Part shown: positions 37,528 through 48,554 of the stretch, piece after piece | Position numbering within the stretch: the first letter of the stretch is position 1 | Layout of the letters: each line of letters starts with the position of its first letter | Assembly (NCBI GenBank): GCA_036172245.1 | Contig: JAYWIR010000101.1 | Coordinates: forward strand, 124,001 to 188,000 | Length of the DNA stretch: 64,000 nt | DNA from: Raillietiella orientalis | Taxonomy: Eukaryota | Direction of reading: 5' to 3' | The notes under the pieces: model-generated | What the model was told of the DNA's origin: nothing | What the model saw: the letters and a program-made list of their open reading frames with translations, nothing else | The model's database searches: none | Translations under genes and position numbers: made by a program

Positions 37528-40500
37528 CACCTGGGCTCGCCAGTCGCCGTCGGATTCGCACGGCCTGTTGGAACGTCAACGGGCTGCGCGACGACGGCAA
37601 CAGGCGAGATACAGCCGACACCCTGCGTGAGCTCGAGCTGGCGCTGCTGCAGGAGATCCACGTGATCACCGCGGCAGACGCCCAGGAAATCGAGACGATC
37701 GCGGGGGTCGGCTGTATTGGCGATGCGGCCTCCGCAACACCTGCGGGGTCGCGTTCTTCGTGAAGCCGGCCATCGACGCTGCCGTAAAGGGCGTGCGGTT
37801 TGATGACGACGGTCGGATCGGTCAGCTGATTCTCAGCTGGTCCGACTCGATCGACCTAATCGTCACAAACGTGTATGGCCCCAGCGGCAAACCGGGTTAC
37901 CGCGACCGCACCAGGCTGCTGGAAACCCTGAAGCGCGACTGGCTGGCGGATACCAATGTGCGAAAGGCTCACCTGATAGCAAGAGATTTCAATCTCCGCC
38001 TGCTAACAGGTGAGCCGGAAACACAAGTAAACGCGATGAACGAGTTGTGCCCCGCCATGCGTGCGCGCAACTTGTTCGCGGGTGAGAAAGGAATGGTCCG
38101 CCGCATCGACCACGTCTTCCTGGACGCTGACCTGTGTTCACGCGTCGGCAAACGGGGGAGGGTTGTGTCGACGTTGTCGGACCATTCCCGGCTAATTTTC
38201 GAGATGCGGCCTCGCGACAAAGGAAAGCCATCCAGGGATTGGCGTCTGCCGGGGGACTGGACGCGACTCTCAGGTGCGAAGGAACACCTTCGCGAATACC
38301 TGAGAGGCGTCACGCTCCGGAATCTCCAGGACTGGGACCTTTTTAAGGAATCGGTCCGCGAGTTCTGTGAGCAGTTCCCCCTGGATCGCCTGCCCCCCGG
38401 ATTCGGCGAGGGTACTCGCAACCATCGGGCCTATTTACAGGCTCGTAGGTACGAGAGAACCCCTAATGTCCGTCGCCTGGCCGAGTACCGCGCCGGGGCC
38501 GAACGCCAAGCCTGGCAATCCGGGTCGGCCAGCTTGCTGGAGGACCAGGGCCGGGAATGTTCGTCCCCGGCGTCGTTACGGCATCTCGTGCGGAGTTTTT
38601 ATTCCACCCTTTACGCCAGGGAGCCCCCGGATCGAAACGCCTCTCGACGCTTGCTTCCGGATGGCACCCCGGCAATAGGGGAGGAGGAGATGGAAAGCCT
38701 CGACGAGCCTTATAACACCGGCGAAATTCTCTCCGGTAACAAAAGGCTCAAGAGGCGTAAAGCTCCAGGGGAAGACGGCTTGCCCGCGGAGTTCTTTCAG
38801 AGCTTCGCGGAAGAGCTGGCACCCCTGCTGCTTAAGTTGATCAGGCTGATCCGAGACGAAGGCGATGTTCCCTCCTCGTTTTGGTCAGCCAGAGTGAGGC
38901 TCCTTCCGAAAGGGGGAGACCTCAGGAATTTAAAGAACTGGCGTCCGATCACGATCGTGAATACGGACGCCAAGTTGATAGCAGGGCTATAAGCTTCGCG
39001 TCTGGGGCAGGTGGCAGAATCCGTAATTAGCCCGGAGCAGACTTATGCTGTTCCCGGGCTAAGTATGGATGCCAACCTCTTCTTCGCAAGCACATGGGTG
39101 CACCTGCAGAGAAGAGAGAAGAAGGGGATAGGGAAAGTCGGCAACCCCACATTGGGGCCGCCAGCCGGGCTGGGAAGGGACCCCCGGGCAGGGAAGGGGG
39201 CCCTAGCGCTCGCAGTCGATCTCCACAAGGCGTTCGACTGTGTAGACCAGGAACTCCTCTTGGAGCTCCTGGGTCGCATGGGCTTCCCACCCTCCCTGAT
39301 TTCCTACCTGCGCTCTTGCTGGCGGAATGCGATGATTACCGTCTGTTTCAGTGGACAGAAGGTGTATGGCGTGCCGGTGCGGCGGGGCATAAGGCAGGGC
39401 GATAGCCTCAGCCCCCTGCTCTTGAGCACCTACTTTGAGTTGGTGCTGAGAGCGTACAGGGTGACTTTGGCCCCCTTGCCGAGCTCGTGCCCCGGCACGC
39501 CCGCCGTAGCAGCGTACGCCGACGATCTTCTGCTGTTGTTGCCAATGTCCACCCCGGCGAAGGCGGTCGGAGACTTCTTCGATCTGCTCAGCCGCGGGAC
39601 CGGACTGCAGGTTAACAGGGCGAAGTCGTCGGTTGTGCCAATAGGTGCGGCGTGGGCAGGGCAGCATGACTGGGTCCGTCTGGGGATCCCCACGGCGAGG
39701 TGCTTCAAGTACCTTGGTGTGCCGCTGGGGGACTACTCCCCTGCGGAAGCTTGGTCCAGCTGCCTCCAAAAAGTCGAGACGGCGATCGGCCCGTTCCTGG
39801 AAGGCAAGTTTCACTTGCCGGAACGGGCCGCGGTTTGGAACGCCTTCGCGGCCCCCATCCTCCGCCCTTTGCTTTTTGTTTGCCCTCCCACCGTGGAATC
39901 CAAGAAGAGGACGAAGGATTTCCTCCGTATTGCCCTTTGGGGCAAGGGGAGGCCCCGAGTCCCACTGAAGGACTTGTGCGCTCCGCGTCGGGACGGCTGT
40001 CTTGGCCTCCTGACGCTGGAGCGCGTGGAGAAGCAGCTGCGGTGGCGAACCCTGGCCATCGCAGCGAAGATGTGGAGCACCCCTTGGTGCATCCGGCCCG
40101 TCTCCTGGCCAGCCGTGTGTCCCGGTGCGATGGACTCGCGTCTTTTCTTCTCAGCCGTGGCCGGAAGATGCGAAGCAGCGGCCTACTGCTCGGGCGCATG
40201 GCAACATTGGCCAAGGAGAACAGCTGGATGCTTTGCTGCCCCGCCAACTCCCCCGCCTGGCTGGAGGAGGATATTGGAACGTGGGTAGTGGTTAACCAGA
40301 GAAGCCACGAGACTTGGAATCGTCTCCGATGCAGCCCCTACGCCCGCTGCACGCTGAGGAATCTCCTGGTGAGTCCAGCAAGATGCACGTGTGCAGAGAC
40401 TACCTGCCTAGCTACGGCGCTGCCCTTCCTGAGGAGGGCACTTCACAGCAGCCGGACGCCGAGGTGGCAAGTCTCCTGCTGCATCGAGGGACGCGAGAAG

Positions 40501-41121
40501 TTGACTAGCGGCTGGACAAGAGGAGAACTGGTCGATGCCACGACCCCGAGCGTCGGGCCGAGAGGATTATTAAGATGGGGCGAGCTGATCGCCATCCCCA
40601 GGGATGAGCTGAAGTGGCCCCCGGTGATGAAAGAATCCAGAATCCTGCCCCTCAAGTGGCAAGAGTCGGCGTTTCTTTTGTTGCACTGGGGTCTACCGTT
40701 CAAGGCGCGCCGCTTCCACTGGACGAGGGGAGCTGTGGATCCTGCGCGTGCCAGGTGCGGGAAGCGGGAGTCTCTCCCCCACCTTATTGTGGATTGTGCT
40801 GCGCTCCGACCCCTTTGGGAACGGTTCGGGACGACCCTCGGGCTCCCTACAGGCAGCACCCCCAGAGACGTTCTTCGGCCCCTCTTCGTGAAGGACGCAC
40901 TGCAGCCCGCCGCAGCCATCGCAGCGTTGTGCAGCGTCCGTGGCATCGTGGCGGCATGGAGCGACGCTAAATACGAAGGCGTGGGTCCACAGTGGCGGGA
41001 TGCCATCCCGTCTGTCCAACGCTTCTGGCGAAGAAATGCCGTATGGATCCAACTGGGGAATATGAAGACTGACCTCGAGGGCTTCGTTCGATGGATGTGC
41101 CCTCCCCACAGCGACCAGTGA
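37527..41121 (+). pseudogene. B ORF2 APE-RT-CCHC, disrupted
   Basis: ORFs 37760-38992, 39011-40288 and 39700-41121 carry all domain motifs. Confidence 0.9.
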
Positions 41122-44100
41122 TCCCTTCCCCGCCCTCCAACTTGATTTTGTTCGTTTCTTTTTCTTTTTCTTTTTGTCTTATCCCCATCTTCCTTCGCTG
41201 TTGGGGAGTGCCACGCCGGGCTGCGTCGCGGTGTCCCGACAGGTCGCGTGTTCACGGCCGTGGTGGGGCCTCGTACCACGCATGTAGAGTTCACAAATAA
41301 ACGCTCCGGGTGTAAACGGGTTACAACTTTAAATCCCCGGCGCAGACGTTGCACAGGGATCTGTTCGCAGAACTCCCGGACCGAGTCCTTAAATAGGTTT
41401 CAATCCGCGAGACTCTGGATGCTGACGCCTCGCAGGAATTCGCGAAGATGTTCTTTCGCTCCTGACAGGCGCGTCCAGTTTCCTGGCATACGCCAATCCC
41501 TGGATGGCGGTCTGTTGTCGCGCGGGCGCATCTCGAAAACTAACCGGGAATGGTCCGACAGCGTCGATCCAAGTGTCCCTCGTTTTCCGACCCGTGTGCA
41601 CAGGTCTTCGTCGAGGAAGACGTGGTCCACGCTGCTGACCATCCCGCTTATTTCTGTCAACAAGTTGCGCGCGCGCATGGCGGCGCACAACTCGTTGATC
41701 GCGTTACCCTGTGCTCCGGGCTTATCTGAGAGCAGACGGACGTTGAAATCCCCTGCTATCAGATGCGCCTTTCGCACGTGCGCGTCCACCAGCCATTCGC
41801 GCTCCAAGGTTTCCAGTAACGCGTTGCGCTGCTGGTATCCCTGTTTACCGCTAGGAGCGTACACATTGGTGACGATGAGGTCGATCGAATCGGACCATCT
41901 GAGAATCAGTTGGGCGATCCGTCCGTCGTTCCCAAAGCGCACGCCCTTCGCGGCCGCGTTAATAGCTGGCTTTAGGAAGAACGCGACCCCACAAGTGTTG
42001 CGGGAGCCGCATCGCCAGTACAACCGCCCTCCCGCGATCGTTTCGATCTCCTTGCCGTCTTTTGCGGTGATCACGTGGATCTCCTGCAAAAGCTCCAGGT
42101 CGAAATCTCGCAAGGTGGCGGCTGTATCTCGTCTGTTTCCGTCGTCGCGCAGCCCGTTAACATTCCAACTGGCCGCGCGGATCCGACAGCGACAGGCGAG
42201 TCCAGGTTTTATTTCTGGGAACCTGGCGGTGGTGCTCCCGCCACCTTTTGGGGCGGGTCGCTGGACGGGGTTGGCGTCTTGCCCACGAACTCCCCATCCT
42301 TCTTTCGTGCCGACGTCTCCGGCTGCCCGTGCGAACGGGGTGTTGTTCGTACCTGTTGGCCCACATCCATTGGTGCGGGTGGTTCAGGTTCGGCGGTTTC
42401 AGAGGGCATTGCTGACCCCTGGTTACCCTCCTCCATTGGAGTCGCCTCCTCGTCGGCTTCCGCACGTGGGTGATGCCCGACTTGGGCTCCCACGCTGCCA
42501 TCCACTGGTTCCTCTACCATTGGATCCCCCTCGCGCGGAGGCGCAATGCACCTTCGGGGTTTCTGGGATTTTCACTCACACCGGCTTTCGGCGAAGGCGT
42601 GAGGAACGACAGGTACTATCTCCAGACCCGTCGTTCCTCCAACAAGCCCGACGTCCGACGCCTGGCGGAGACTAAGGCTGGAGCGGAGAGGTAGGCCTGG
42701 CAATCCGGGTCTGCCTGCTTGCTGGACGAAGAAGGCCAAAAGCACTCATCTTCAGCGCAGGTTTCCCGCATTCTGCGGCATTTCTATTCGTCCCTTTACG
42801 CGCTGAGACCACCAGAGCGCTCCTTTGCGCAGCGCCTGCTGCCAGAGGGTGCTCCCGCGTTGAGGGAGGAAGAAATAAACATCTTCCTCCAAGAGTTCAC
42901 GATGGCGGAGATAATCTCCGTCATCACTAAATTGAGAAAAAACAAAGCACCAGGGGAAGACGGCCTGCCAGCTGAATTCTACCAACACTTCGCGGCAGAG
43001 CTGCCCCCCCTGGTGCTAAAACCATGTATGCTGATAGGTGAACGTGGGGATGTCCCCAACTTGTTCCGGTCAGCTAGAGTACCTCTCCTTCCTAAGGCAG
43101 GAGACTTGCGCAACGTTGGCAACTGGCGACCCATTACTGTAGTGAATGCGGACGCAAAGTTGCTCGCCAAACAGTGGGCTGAGCGCCTGGGACGGGCTGC
43201 GGACTTCGTGGTCAGTCCGGAACAGACATACGCTGTTCCCGGACGAACCATGGAGGCCAACCTGTTCCTCGCCAGCACATTCTGGAAGTTGCAACAACGC
43301 GAGGCGCAGCTACGGCGGGAAAGTCCTGGACTCTCCATTGACAACGGGGAGGAAAGCCGAAAAGAAGATGCGTCGCCTGGAGCCCTTGCGGTCGCAGTCG
43401 ATTTGCGTAAAGCTTTCGACTGCGTCGACCAAGAGCTCCTTTGGGAGCTCCTGAAACGCTTGGGATTTCCGGCCGTCTTTCTGGCTTACCTGCGCTCCTG
43501 CTGGCGGTTCGCGCTCATCAATTTCAATTTCAGCGGCCGGCACGTGTTCGGCGTACCGGTCCGTCGTGGCATCAGGCAGGGTGACAGCCTCAGTCCCCTG
43601 CTCTTCAGCATCTACTTTGAGTTGGTGCTGAGAGCATACAGGGAGACTTTGGCAACCCTGCAGAGCTCGTGTCTCGGCACGCCTGCCGTGTCGGCCTATA
43701 ACGACGATCTTCTGCTCCTGCTTCCCGGGTCCACCACGGAATCGGCGCTCGAGGATTTCTTAGAGTTGCTATACCGTGGGACAGGCCTCCAGGTAAACAG
43801 GACGAAATCGTCGTTGCTTTTCACCGAATCGACGAGGGCCGGACCGTCGGACTGGATCCGCTTGGGGATCCCCACGGGCAGGTACATCAAGTACCTTGGC
43901 GTTCCGTTGGAAGACTTCTGCTCTGCAGAAGCCTGGTCCGACCGTCTACAAAACGTGGAGCTGGCGATCGGCCCGTTCCGAAACGGCTAGTTCCACTTGC
44001 AGGAACGGGTCACGGTATGGAGCGCTTTCGCGGCCCCCTCCTTCGCCCCCTACTTTTTGTCTGCCCTACACCTTACCAAATTAGGACACGGACTAGAAGT

Positions 44101-45549
44101 CTTATACGTAAAGCCCTCTGGGGCAACCGGAGGCCCCGCGTCCGGCTCAAAGACTTGTACGCACCACACAGGGACGGTGGAATGGTCTCCTGACGTTGGA
44201 GCGCATGGAGCGACAGCTATAATTCAGAAAACTTGCCCTTGTGGCAAAGTTTTGGACAGCACCCTGGTCTGCACCAGCAAGACTCCTTGCTCACAGGGCA
44301 ACCGGCTGCTTCGGATTGACTTCAATCCTGGTAGCCAACGAACGCAGCCTGAACCATTGTGGTTATCAGCTGCGGGATTTGGTTGCTCTGATGAGAGACA
44401 ACCCTTGGATCTCCTGCATCCCAGCGGACTGGACTACCTGACTTCAGGAGTCCGTATCCGCATGGGCGAAGATCAATGGCACCAGCGATGAGGACTTCTC
44501 CTGCCTCCGCAGAGGGAGGCACGCTGGTCAGCCACTCCAGGAGATCGTTTCCAACCCACGGAAACTTCTGTGGGCTTCCTCCACCCCCTTTACCCCAGTG
44601 CTGCCCTCCCTCAGGGAAGTACGGGACAGCAACCAACAGGCATCGTGAGAAGTGTCCTGCCTCATCGGAGGCAGGAAGAAATTACTGAAGGCGTGAACGC
44701 CGACGGAACTAGAGGACGCTAGTACCCCGAGTGTCCCGCCGAACGGACTTTTACGCTGGGGAGCGCTACTCGGTATACCTCCGGAGGAGGTGAAGTGGCC
44801 CCCAGCGTCATGGGACAACGGCACCCTTCCTCTGCAGTGGCAGGAGACATCGTTGCTTCTGCTCCACTGGGTACTTCTAAGCAGAGCACGCCTGTCTCGC
44901 TGGACATCGGGGAATGTGGATGGTAGTTGTGCAGAGTGCGGGGAAAGGGAGAATTTCCTCCACTTGATTCTGAAGTGTGTTGCCCTTCACGAAATGTGGG
45001 ACAGACTCTCGTCGATCCTCAACATTCCGGGGGGTAACCCGAAAAATTTATTCAGACGCCTTCTGACGCCATACGGCTTGCCAGCCTCCGGGAGCGTAGC
45101 AGTGCTCTGCCGCATACGCGGTATCCTGGAGAAGTAGACCGCGTCTAGGAGAGGAAGGACCAGCCGGGATGCCATCCACTGGGCAGCGATCTCCTTGGAG
45201 AAAGCGTGCCGTTGGCGCAGAATTCAAAAACATTTACCGGCATTTGTCCGCATCCGAAACCGGATGCAAAGTCCTGCTCACGGCGCACCGTGATCCCCTC
45301 CCTCCCTCCCCCTCCCCAAAAACATTGCCCTCCAGACGTTTTTCTTTTTTTGTTTTGTTTTCTGTTTATTTTCCCCTTCTTGGCGCCGGTGAAGGACTTT
45401 ATCGGCCTCCGGGTCGATAAAGACAAGTGCTACTGAACTTCAAAGAACGTCTCACGTCCGAAAAAGAAAAATTTCAACATAGATTTTATTACAAAATTTT
45501 GTAATGTAAAAATTTTAGTAATAAAAGCCACGGCTTACCCGGGTGAAAA

Positions 45550-47360
45550 ATCCCGTCGGGTTTCGTGGAGACTTCGCGTTGCTTCGCGGCGAGCGTTTCC
45601 TGGCTGCCTACTTTTGGTCGGCGTGCACACGCTTTTGAACGAGTTGTCCTCGTCTTGGTGATCGGAACGGCATCCATTTCAGAGTCAGACCGGCGCATGT
45701 TCGATCGCGTTCCGGCCTTCCGCGAAGTAGTGACAGGTTCTGCTGATTTGACAGCTGTCCTGTTGTCATTTTCCGTCTCCAGAGCATCGCTTTTGGTGAC
45801 GCCTGCTTTCCCGGCGCGCGCGTTTTCAGCGTGCTCACGCGCAGTTGCACGAGGGACCTTTGCTGTAGTCTTCTTTACTTCATTACGGTTCCTCACTTCG
45901 CGTGGCGCCGTAAATGGAGATTGTGCTCCATGGCCATCTTTGAAGCCGTCCGCGTCTTTGGACGGGAGCACTTTCGATGGCTCCGACACGCTCGTCATGG
46001 ACGCTGCTTTCGGAAGGGCTTTTAATCCCTTCGTTGGCATGGCATCCGCGCCAGTCGAGAGCTTGCTCTCCGACTGCGACGGCGTGAGATTTTTCTCCGC
46101 TTTCGCGGGGTTGGATCGCGACGCGGATTTTTTTTTGCCGACTTTCGAAGTCGACACGGCACAACCCTTCTTACCCGATTTGGGCTTCTCAGCCACTGCA
46201 GGAGGTGAAGGAATGGATCTGACGGTACTGGAAGTGTCCTTACCGCCGTTGTCCATTGGCGTCCCCGCCGGTTGCTCGAACTCCGAGAGAGCCGGGCGTG
46301 CTTGGGAAGGACAGCTATTGCGCCTAGGGGGACTTACCATTGCCCCGGTTTCCCCGCACCCTTTCTTTTGCGGCTCCCCTGCCGCGAGAGGGGGTGCGCA
46401 GGGCTTCGCGTGCGAGGTTTCCTGCTGCTTTGGGGCGACATTCCGCCTCGCGTTTTTACCGAATTTCTGCCGTAGGGTCTCCAGGTTTTTCGCAGATTTT
46501 TTCTTTTTATCCGCGCTTTGTTCTTTAAAATAGAGCTCCGCGGCTGCCTTTTTTCGCAAAAGATCCGGGCAATTTTTCAATTGGTGCCCGGATAGTTTGC
46601 AATAACGGCATTTTCCAGAGGGGCATTTATCCAAACAATGCCCCTCCTTCCCGCATTGCTCGCACGTTTTTACTTTGCCCACGAACCACAGGTGAACGAC
46701 CGTGTCTTTCACCTGTAGTTTGGTGGGCAGCAGACGGCGGTCCGGCATTGTAAGCCGGACTCCAGCGACTCCGCTGTGTATGGACGGGAAGTTCTTGAGG
46801 TTGCTACGCACCTTCCACAGCGCATGGACCGTGGCGAATTTCGCCAACGCGTTCCGAATATCAGTATCGGAGATTTCCGACTCGATGTCGAAAATCTCCA
46901 CCACAAATGAGTCGTCCATGGCGGCCGGGATGACCTTCTGGCCACGGATCGACAACGGGGTGCGCAGCAAGCGTTGCACAAGTGCAGCGTCTTTGCAACG
47001 CACGTTGAAATAGCCCATGTCTTTTGCGGGCATAATGGCGAGAAGGTCCTCCTCCCGCACGCCAACACGGGTCAGTTCATCGTTGAACTGATTCCCGTCG
47101 CGCGCAGAAAGAAAACCACTCACCTTATATCGGAGAGCAGGTCTATAGCCTTGGGCTACGTATGCCCGCAACTCCGACTCGTCGAGTGGTTTCCCTTTGA
47201 CGGCTGCTCTGGCAGCAACGTCAGCAAAACTCCTCTCCATTGGCGAGAAAGACGAAGTGGAGGCGGCCGTCGGTTCCGCGATTGCAGATCCGGATGCTGT
47301 TCCTCCAACTTCAGTAGCTTCAAGTTGGGTCGACATCGTCGTCAAAATGTACGACGCCAA
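45550..47360 (-). pseudogene. Lineage E ORF1 (gag-like, two CCHC), truncated by the C insertion
   Basis: ~600 aa open; CEQCGKEGHCLDKC and CRYCKLSGHQLKNC. Confidence 0.85.
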
Positions 47361-48440
47361 GATGAAGCGGATGAAAGCACGGAGACGAGAGCGAAGAAAA
47401 ACACGTCCGCACTCGATTGAAATCTCCCGCTATTAGGTGAGCCTTCCGCACGTGCATGTTCGCCAGCCAGTCGCGCTTCAGGTATTCCAGCAGCCTGGTA
47501 CGGTTGCTGTATCCCTTTTGACCGCTTGGGGCGTACACATTCGTGACGATCAGATCGATCGAGTTGGACCAGCCGAGAGTCAGCTGACTGACCCGACCGT
47601 CGTCATCGAAGCGCACGCTCTTCACGGCAGCGTCGATGGCCGGCTTCACGAAGAACGCTATCCCGCAGGTGTTGCGGAGGCCGCATCGCCAATACAGCCG
47701 ACCCCTCGCGATCGTTCCGATTTCCTGGGTGTCTGCCGCGGTGATCACGTGGATCTCCTGCAGCAGCGCCAGGTCGAGCTCACGCAGGGTGTCGGCTGTA
47801 TCTCGGCTGTTGCCGTCGTCGCGCAGCCCGTTGACGTTCCAACAGGCCGCGCGAATCCGACGGCGACTGGCGATCCCAGGTGTTAGTTTTGTGAAAACGG
47901 CGATGCGGCGTCCGCCACCTGCTAGGGCGGGACGCTAGGTGGAGGCGGAGGGTGGACAGGTACTGAAGGCACCTGTTCCTCCTCCTCTATCGGTGCCGCC
48001 ACTTCGGCCGGATCACCCGCAGGTGGAGTCGCGCCTACCTGTTCGCCTTCCTCCATTGGTTCGGGCGGCTCAGGTTTCGCGACTGCAGGGAGGATTTCAC
48101 CCTCCTGCTCACCCTCCTCCATGGGGGTGGCCGACTTGACGGCTTGCGGGCGTGGGTGTTCCCCCTCCGGGATTCCCACGCTGCCGCTTCTTTCCGGCTT
48201 CTCCTCTTTTCTGGTGGAGGGGAGGCGCCTCCTGGGTTTCTGGGACTTGCGTCTCGACTTCCTATGGGGTGCCTCCGGAGAGGAGGATCCGCTTCCGGCC
48301 CCCAGGTCGCACTCACCTGCGGGGGCCTTCTTCGTCGGAGGCGACCTGCGTGCGCCCTTGCGCCACGGGGTTTCGCGCTCGGCGAGGGTTTCTGCGAGCT
48401 CCTCCGCCGCTTTCTCGAAGGCCGAGTCTTCGCCAGGGGC

Positions 48441-48554
48441 GAACGTTGCCGCGGGCTCCTCCGCGACTTTATCGAGCGCGGCCTCCTGGATGTCGGCGAA
48501 CGTTGCCGCGGGCTCCTCCGCGACTTTATCGAGCGCGGCCTCCTGGATGTCGGC
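48441..48554 (-). repeat. Perfect 2 x 57-bp in-frame tandem repeat in ORF1
   Basis: ADIQEAALDKVAEEPAATF twice. Confidence 0.95.

Larger units (their letters stand above)
35554..41326 (+). mobile_element. Full-length uninterrupted Tx1 B (~5.77 kb)
   Basis: Leader, ORF1, ORF2, 3'UTR, terminal hairpin abutting a GFG site. Confidence 0.92.
27854..42580 (-). mobile_element. 5'-truncated Tx1 B variant, split (41327-42580 + 27854-29972)
   Basis: ORF1 end and APE to RGF on the right; HKAFD to 3'UTR on the left; GFG-to-KAFD segment missing; bounded by the C TSD. Confidence 0.8.
26274..45549 (+). mobile_element. Tx1 lineage C, split (26274-27853 + 42581-45549)
   Basis: ORF1 C-terminus, APE to LPPGFGD; resumes FGEGVRNDR..RT (YNDD)..3'UTR; TSD ccaggtttcggcga 27840-27853 / ccggctttcggcga 42581-42594. 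Confidence 0.85.
23020..47414 (-). mobile_element. Tx1 lineage E, split (45550-47414 + 23020-26273)
   Basis: Perfect TSD gattgaaat at 23011-23019 and 47415-47423; ORF1 on the right, SDH..RT..CCHC..3'UTR on the left. Confidence 0.85.

Noticed and set aside
35554..41326. Currently autonomous element
   Set aside because: ORF2 has a stop at 38992 and frameshifts; no copy in the window is intact
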